Shown: one piece after another, positions 28,145 through 34,195 of the stretch
Numbering within the stretch: the first letter of the stretch is position 1
How the letters are laid out: every line of letters begins with the position of its first letter
Source: Xylographa opegraphella
Lineage: Eukaryota
Direction of reading: 5' to 3'
Length of the DNA: 34,195 bases
Assembly (NCBI GenBank): GCA_022813865.1
Contig: JALDZX010000113.1
Location: forward strand, 1 to 34,195
Notes under the pieces: model-generated
Database searches by the model: none
The model's input: only the letters and a program-made list of their open reading frames with translations
Told to the model about the DNA's origin: nothing
Made by a program: the position numbers and the translations under genes

Positions 28145-29493
28145 TTACGTCTGTAGCGCCTTCCTGAGCATTGGCGCAACCTGCTTTCGACTCATCGACG
28201 TATTGTGCTGTATCCAGCTACGGCTTGAGACATCACTACCCTTGTCATCTACATTTTTGCCCACGGGGATAGATTCCAATCCCAGCTCCGCTGTGTTACT
28301 CGAGTCGAATCGAGCTACCGCGGCCCGCGTATCTTCGCGGCTTGCGACGAGCAATTGGCGTTGGAACGCTCCTTCGGAGGACGTAAAAGCGGTCATGATG
28401 GCAAAGACTCCTAGACCTCTTGCCGCCATGAAACCTTTGATGGTTGCGTAGAATGCTTCTTCTGCGCCCGTACCAGCTTCCCGTCCAGCTTTGTTTACCA
28501 GGAAGTCTAATGGTTTGACAACGGAGCTCATGCCAAGCTTACAGCCAGCCTCGCTCCATTCTTTGTAATCCTTCCGCAAAATATCGTTCAGTGCTAGACT
28601 GTCGATGTTTTGCTTTGCCCCGTCTATGTCTTTGAAGAATGCAGATCGATCCCACGTTCTCGCTTCTTTGGACGAGAGCTTGATTTTTGACTCCAAGTAC
28701 GTCACCGCTTCTCTATCCACGTCTTTCGTTTTGTCTTTATCCTGCAAGTTCCTGGTGTCTACCAGAATACTGGCCAATGCTAATTTGGCGACTTGAGCGT
28801 CCCAAACCCGGGTAACGGCGCAATCATCGATGAGCGCGTCCCCTCGGGCGTGGCCAGCGCCAGATGATAAAGCGGAACTGGAGAGAGCGTCCCAATCCGA
28901 TTGGACGTAACGAACCACGAGGCTGGTGCACGAGCCACACTTCTCGATGCGACGAGGTTCTGGATCGGTGTCCTTGGGGACACAATTTTCATCGTCGTGA
29001 TGATCTATGGTCCCACGTACCCGATCGGAATAAATGTGAGCCAGAGTGCCTTGGAGCTTGTTATGGTCGACCAGGATCCACCTTGTCTTCTCGGGCGGAA
29101 GCAGCTGTGCGGATTGGGTCGCTATGGGCAGATCGGCCGAAGTGATGAGATGAGCGGCTGAGATGTTCGCGTGGGGGAAAAGAGCGCTGAATTCTGGACG
29201 TAGAGATACATCGTCGGCGGTGATGTTCACCAAGGGGATATACAAAGGGGTGAAGGCATCTTTCGGTGGTGCTTGAGACCTGATGTATGCGTAGAGGAGG
29301 GAGCATGTCATGGAATCCAGATCTGACGCTCGTTAGTGGAAGCGAGCGCTGCGGTCAGGAAGATTCGCTCGTCCCAACCAGCAGATTCATTTCCAATCAC
29401 CAACGTGACATCCTTCTGGTGCCGCAAAGCAGCGTGGAGCGAGGTTTTGGCGTATGATAAGAAAGCGCGTAAGGAGTTGCGTGGAAAGGCCAT
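28145..29493 (-). CDS. PPX1: Exopolyphosphatase (DHH/DHHA2, Ppx1/Prune-like), ~430 aa; exons 29493-29379, 29322-28145
   Basis: GNESADLDS formed across intron 29378-29323, LVDHN, IDHH, GSCTSLV, ILVDT.NL, LRKDYKEW, SRKQVAP. Confidence 0.93.
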
Positions 29494-29812
29494 GGGCGAA
29501 GCGGTCTCACCGGAAGGATGAAGGGTGCTGTGGACTCGGGTAAGATTCCCAATGGGGTTATAAGATCTCCGTTTGACAGCCTTGCTTCTTCCACTGGAGG
29601 ATAGTCAAGCGAGAGTGCAGGCTGCGGTTACGCCGGCAGTTACGTTACTGCAGGCATGTGGCGGGCAAGCCGTTTCAATAACGAGAAGTGCACAGGAGTG
29701 ATGGAGCTGTAGCTACCCGTCAAGCGCAAGCAAGGCCAGCAGTGTGTCCTCAGCGAATGACGTCGTTTCTACGGGTCCGACCCGCTTACTCCGCGCCCGA
29801 ATGTCAAGAAGT

Positions 29813-29872
29813 ATTCGGTCAAAGGAAGAGTATGAGAGCGTGAGAGCGAGAGAGCGAGCAAGGGCGAGCAGA
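29813..29872. repeat. Degenerate GAGAGC/GCGAGCA low-complexity tract (CT-rich on the PPX1 sense strand)
   Basis: gagagcgtgagagcgagagagcgagcaagggcgagca, about 350 nt upstream of the PPX1 ATG. Confidence 0.5.
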
Positions 29873-31341
29873 ATGGGCTCCACCAATAAGCGGTTTCATT
29901 GGTGAAAGGGCAGCTGCATCTGACGAGGAGGTTGCAGACGCATCACGTGCGCCGACCCCTCGAACGCATCTCCTACGGAAGTTTAGGCGCAGGGTCGGGG
30001 GCTCGTCACGGAGATACAGACAGACGGCGGTGGCATTGTTTTACATACGGGTAGCCTCAGCGAGTAAGGGTTATTGTCAGGCCGCGCTGGAGCAGCAGAC
30101 ACTCTACTAGAAGGAAGGTCGTTCTTGAGGCGAAAGCGAGCGGTCGTGGCCAGCAGCGAATCAGACGCTCGCCTGGTACGGAAAGGAAGGCTTGGGGCGC
30201 ATGAAGGCAGGAAAGCTTATCAACGACTACTGCACCTCAATGCCTGAGTACCTTAGGCCCCCAGTCCACGTCCACCTCTCCCAATAATGTATAGGTCATT
30301 CGACAGCAGACGGTCAACTACTGGCAATGTGTGCTTGCACCGGGATAGAATACTCTAGCGAAGGGAATGGGGTGGCCCTCCCCGTTAGCCCTAGAACTTA
30401 TAATAGCCGCTGTGCTGCTTTGCCAGCTTATCGGCTGCGGAGTAGGAGCAAGCGGCGCACGACCAGACGCAGTCGTGTGACTCGACTGCTGGATCAGTGA
30501 TGCCGACTCCACTGCTCCTCAGTCAATAATGCCACAGACACATTGTCGATAGGGCACGGACCGTGCATCGAACTCATGTCTCGCTCTCGGCCTGCTGCTG
30601 CGGAGGCCGAGCGGCAGACCGACGAGAGACCTGGTCGTGGATGTCCAACGGCTATGGCGGACAAAGATGCCCAAAGTACAGCTTATGACTGGGTACCGTA
30701 CTTACCGACGGGCGTCACGTTCCTGATTCCCATATCACTATTTTCACCACCAACACCACGCGCGTGGTCCGCAAGTCGTTGAAACCAGGGAAAAGCCCTC
30801 TCGAATGCTTCCCGCTCGACCCTGTCCGACCGCTTGACCTCCGAGATTTCCGCCAGACTCCGGCCCTCACGCCAGCTCGCCCCGACTCCGGACCCGTGAC
30901 GGTGTAAGCAATACGCCTAGTCCAGGCCATGGCGGGCTTGGCACCATGACGAGATGCTCGGTGCTGGCCTTGGCGTCGACTGCACGCATGGACCAGGAAA
31001 GCATTTTGCCTCGGCCGCTAGAACTTAGGTACGTTACCTTACCTTGAAACCTTGAAAAGGGAGCTTGCCTTTTTAGCTTTATCTGATCTCATTTCCCTCG
31101 CGACCCTGCTGCTGCTAGCCACAGTACCAAGCTACTACGTACCGACCTACATGGTAGCTGCGACCTTCCCTCTTCCGCCATTCCCCCGTCTCGTCACCAG
31201 TATAACACACTCCTCATCGGCCGTGCTGTTCGTCTCCTCCTTGGTCTCGACTTTCGCAGCGTCTTCCCTTCCAATCTATCCAGCTCATTAATAGCCGCTC
31301 ACCAGCCCCTCACACACCCGAATACTGTCTCTCGTTGCAAG

Positions 31342-32318
31342 ATGCCTTCCCGCGGCACCGATCGTGACCGCTTTCCCGAGCTGTTCGACCAGACCAGCGT
31401 CGACCCTCGCTCGCGCACTCGTAAGGTCGAGATGCAAGTCCTGGTCATTGGCATGATGCGGACCGGCACCAAATGTAACTGAACCCGCCATGCCCGATCC
31501 CCTTCTCGAAAGCCCCATCGCTAATCTGTCCGGCTCGACCCTTCTAGCCATCAAAGCTGGCCTCGAGCAGATAGGCTTCCACCATGTCTACCACATGACC
31601 TCGGCCATGAAGAACCCGAAAGATTGTGACATGTGGGCCCAGGCCTTCGATGCCAAGTTCCACGGCAAAGGCCAAATGCTCACCCGTAAGGAGTGGGATC
31701 AGCTGTTGGGCGATTGCGACGTGGGTTTCCGGACCGAACCTCTCACCTATCGCGCTGTGGCTGATCCGATTCTAGGCCTGCATTGACGTGCCGACAGCCG
31801 CCTTCATGCCCGAGCTGATCGAAGCCTACCCGAATGCCAAGGTCATCGTCTCGATGCGGGATCCTGACAAGTGGTACGCCTCATTGATGGCAACGGTCGG
31901 AAAGCGCGCGATAAACTTGAGGCTCATCCTTCTGGGCATCTGCGACCGGTTTTTCCTCGCTCGGTTCAATCCGTTTGCTCGCTCGATGATGACCGGCATG
32001 TACGGGGAGGATCTCAAGGACGCCGAACACGTGAAGAAGCGATATCTCGACTTCTATGACGAGGTGCGACGCCTCGTGCCCGAGCACAAGCGATTGGAAT
32101 ACCACCTGGGTGACGGCTGGGGGCCGCTCTGCAACTTCCTGGGCAAGGACGCGCCGAAAACCGAATTCCCGTTCATCAACGAGAGCAAGGAGTACGGAGA
32201 ACGGATCACGTTGATGGAAAAGCACGCCGTCGGCCGTATCCTGCGAAACGTAGCCCCTGTCGCCGGCGTGATCGTTCTGGCGTCGACGTACTACTTCGGC
32301 TTGCTGTCACGCCGCTAG
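31342..32318 (+). CDS. Sulfotransferase-like P-loop protein (Sulfotransfer_4-type), ~282 aa; exons 31342-31474, 31548-31720, 31776-32318
   Basis: MQVLVIGMMRTGTKS P-loop, VYHM, WDQLLG, DVP....PELIEAYPNAKVI...RDPDKWYAS, GDGWGPLCNFLG...P...FPFINE; hydrophobic C-terminal tail. Confidence 0.88.
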
Positions 32319-32441
32319 GATGTGGGTCGGAGACATGTGTGTGACGGAACAAAAGGGGTGTGTGGACTGGCAGATTTCGGCCGTTTTCAAGTGGGGGGTG
32401 CATGGCAGCGTGGGCGCTCGGTTGTGGCATTTGCTTTTCTA

Positions 32442-33516
32442 TTATTGCTTAGAGATACCAATCATGTGACTCGCCGTCGCTTCATCGCCTTGGATGACAC
32501 CCGCTTTCCGTAACGTCTCGATCGTGCGTGCGATGGTCTCGTGGCTCACCCCTCTCACGTCGGCGGGGAAGCCGACGGTGCGGAGCCACTCCCTCGCATC
32601 AGCCTCGGAGTAATCGAGGTGCGTGCTGATGTAGCGCACCGACTCGTCCGGGTGCTCCTCAAAGTAGCGCACGCCGCTGTTGATGCTCTCGAACATGGCA
32701 TCCAGCCGCTCGTCGGCGGCATCCCGCGCTACGATCTTCCACGAGCTCCAGGGCGTGTAGATCTCGCCGACGCGCCGGATCTCGCCGTTGTCGTAGTAGC
32801 GCTTCGAGGTGAAGTGCTCCCACATGAAGAAGTCGGCCGTGCCGTCGTTGACGCCATCGCGCAGGCGCGCGAACGTCTGAAGCGGCACCACCTCGAACGG
32901 CGCCGGCACCGCGCCCGCCGTCCGCAGCCAGCCTTTGCTATCCGCGAGCACGAAGCCCATGACGTAGGACCCACTGTGGCCCCGATATTCCTCGTCAGCA
33001 TTTCATTCCTCACTGCCTCCGGCACATGAAGGACCATGGCGTGAAACAGCGGAGCTCTCACCTTCCGATCCGGCTGACGCCCATCTTGCCCTCCTTCAGG
33101 GCGTCCACGTCCTTGATGGCACGGTCGCGCCCCGTGCTGATGGCCCAGCAGAGCGGCGTGTCGACGTACGTGCCAACGAGCTTATACCCTGCCCCTCCTT
33201 CTCCTCCGCCGGCGCCCGCGGCCGAGGACGGCGTACCCAGCCCGGCGACCCAGCCTTCCGTGAGGCCGATGCCGACATCGATCTCGTTGGCGCGCAGGGA
33301 GCTGATCATGTGGCCGGTCCCGGACGGGAAGGGGACCAGCGTCGCGGCGAGGGCGAAGCGGGTGGAGGCATAGTGGATGGGGGTGGAGAAGTGCTCTGCA
33401 GATGGGGGTGAGGGGGGTTAGTGGGGTTTGAGAAGAGGTAGCTGACGCGGGGNNNNNNNNGGGGGGGGGGGGGGAAACGTACCGGGCACGAAGCCGATGC
33501 GGAGGGGCTTGGACAT
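32442..33516 (-). CDS. SsuA/THI5-like type II periplasmic-binding-fold protein (Ca3427-like), ~299 aa, or ~325 aa from upstream ATG 33594; exons 33516-33483, 33395-33062, 32973-32442
   Basis: Spliced product PLRIGFVPEHFSTP...PFPSGTGHMI..L...EIDVGIGLTEGW...PLCWAISTG...GVSRIGSGSYVM...ADFFMWEHFTSK..YD.GEI..VGEIYTPWSSW. Confidence 0.88.
33449..33474. repeat. Poly-G tract interrupted by an 8-N assembly gap (33453-33460), inside intron 1 of the binding-protein gene
   Basis: gggg-nnnnnnnn-G14 seen directly. Confidence 0.95.
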
Positions 33517-33920
33517 TGGGGAGGATGGCAATGAGGAGGAGGTGGAGGAGGAAAAGGAGCGGAGGAGATGGTGGGCGAGACGGAAGGGTGGCATGGAGGA
33601 GCTGTTCTGCTCATGTACTGTGCCGCCTGGTGAAAAAGGTCGATCGGGATCTGTATCACGCTGGGAAGGCGGGTGTGGCGTCATCCCAAAGCACGTCATC
33701 GATCTGTCGAGGGGGTTTGGCCTCTGACACGTAGTGCACTATGACCTAAGCACGGTACTGATCTAAAGCCTGCCTCGTGTAAGGTAACGTCCCTCCATGG
33801 GTGGCGGAAAACCCCCCGTGCCGGAAAATATGAGAGGTACTCTGATTCCAAGTGGCTCATATTTTATGCACACATCGACATTTACCATACTTCTGTATAA
33901 GCCGTGTGCTATGGCCATTT

Positions 33921-34193
33921 CTAAATACTCGGAACCGGCTCATCTAAGAAATTACGCTTTCGTTGTCGTCTTTGAGCTTGATTTGCATAGAACCTCCTTT
34001 CATGACGAAACAGATTTCTTTCTCCACAGCACCACCGCAAAGCTCTTACCACTCTAAACTCATAGAAGGGTCTTCTTCGAGCCTCAAAACCTCGCAACAA
34101 TAATGAGAAGTCATTGTCAGCCTTGTATTTACTGTGACGCGCATATTTATGCAGGGTCGTCAAGCCAATCGATACTTTGAACCGAAGCGATCG
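33921..34193 (-). CDS. Possible 3' end of a gene entering from beyond the window
   Basis: One minus frame is open from the window edge to TAG at 33921 (~90 codons, ending RRQRKRNFLDEPVPSI); no recognisable family. Confidence 0.25.
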   Translation of the reverse strand, partial: RSLRFKVSIGLTTLHKYARHSKYKADNDFSLLLRGFEARRRPFYEFRVVRALRWCCGERNLFRHERRFYANQAQRRQRKRNFLDEPVPSI

Positions 34194-34195
34194 CT

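Noticed and set aside
29600..31300. Short ORFs (60-80 aa) in the long intergenic region
   Set aside because: Mostly non-ATG starts, low-information peptides and no coherent splice model.
31342..33516. Recent bacterial HGT or contamination as the cause of high GC
   Set aside because: Both genes contain canonical spliceosomal introns with CTRAY branch points and fungal-type protein sequences.
32442..33800. TPP riboswitch in or near the THI5-like-fold gene
   Set aside because: No CTGAGA plus TGAT..GATAATAC..GCGAAAGG-type aptamer core was seen by eye in its introns or leader; an Infernal scan would be definitive.

Overview
Gene-dense, intron-containing DNA from a filamentous ascomycete (Pezizomycotina-type proteins and short GT-AG introns; I cannot assign finer taxonomy). 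I reconstructed 14 complete protein-coding genes by hand-splicing. In order: EF-hand MscS-like channel (-), queuine tRNA-ribosyltransferase accessory subunit (-), Met12-type MTHFR (+), 9-exon MFS sugar porter (-), glucosidase II alpha (-), 7-exon NDP kinase (+; never seen whole in the ORF track), Mrx11/FLILHELTA protein (-), thymidylate kinase (+), Slx1 (-), KDM5/KdmB histone demethylase (+), an intronless protein with two tandem F-box-like/Cys-rich units (-), exopolyphosphatase (-), a Sulfotransfer_4-like P-loop protein (+) and an SsuA/THI5-like type II binding protein (-). I found no tRNA, rRNA, CRISPR array, transposon or riboswitch. The left ~25 kb is a housekeeping block. The right ~9 kb has GC-rich patches and the uncharacterised genes. 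I cannot claim a new biological system. The best leads are the two-unit F-box-like gene with an internal GC step, the sulfotransferase-like/binding-protein pair, a possible dual-targeting start, a mirrored 11-bp element in the QTRT2/MET12 promoter, and several splicing oddities.
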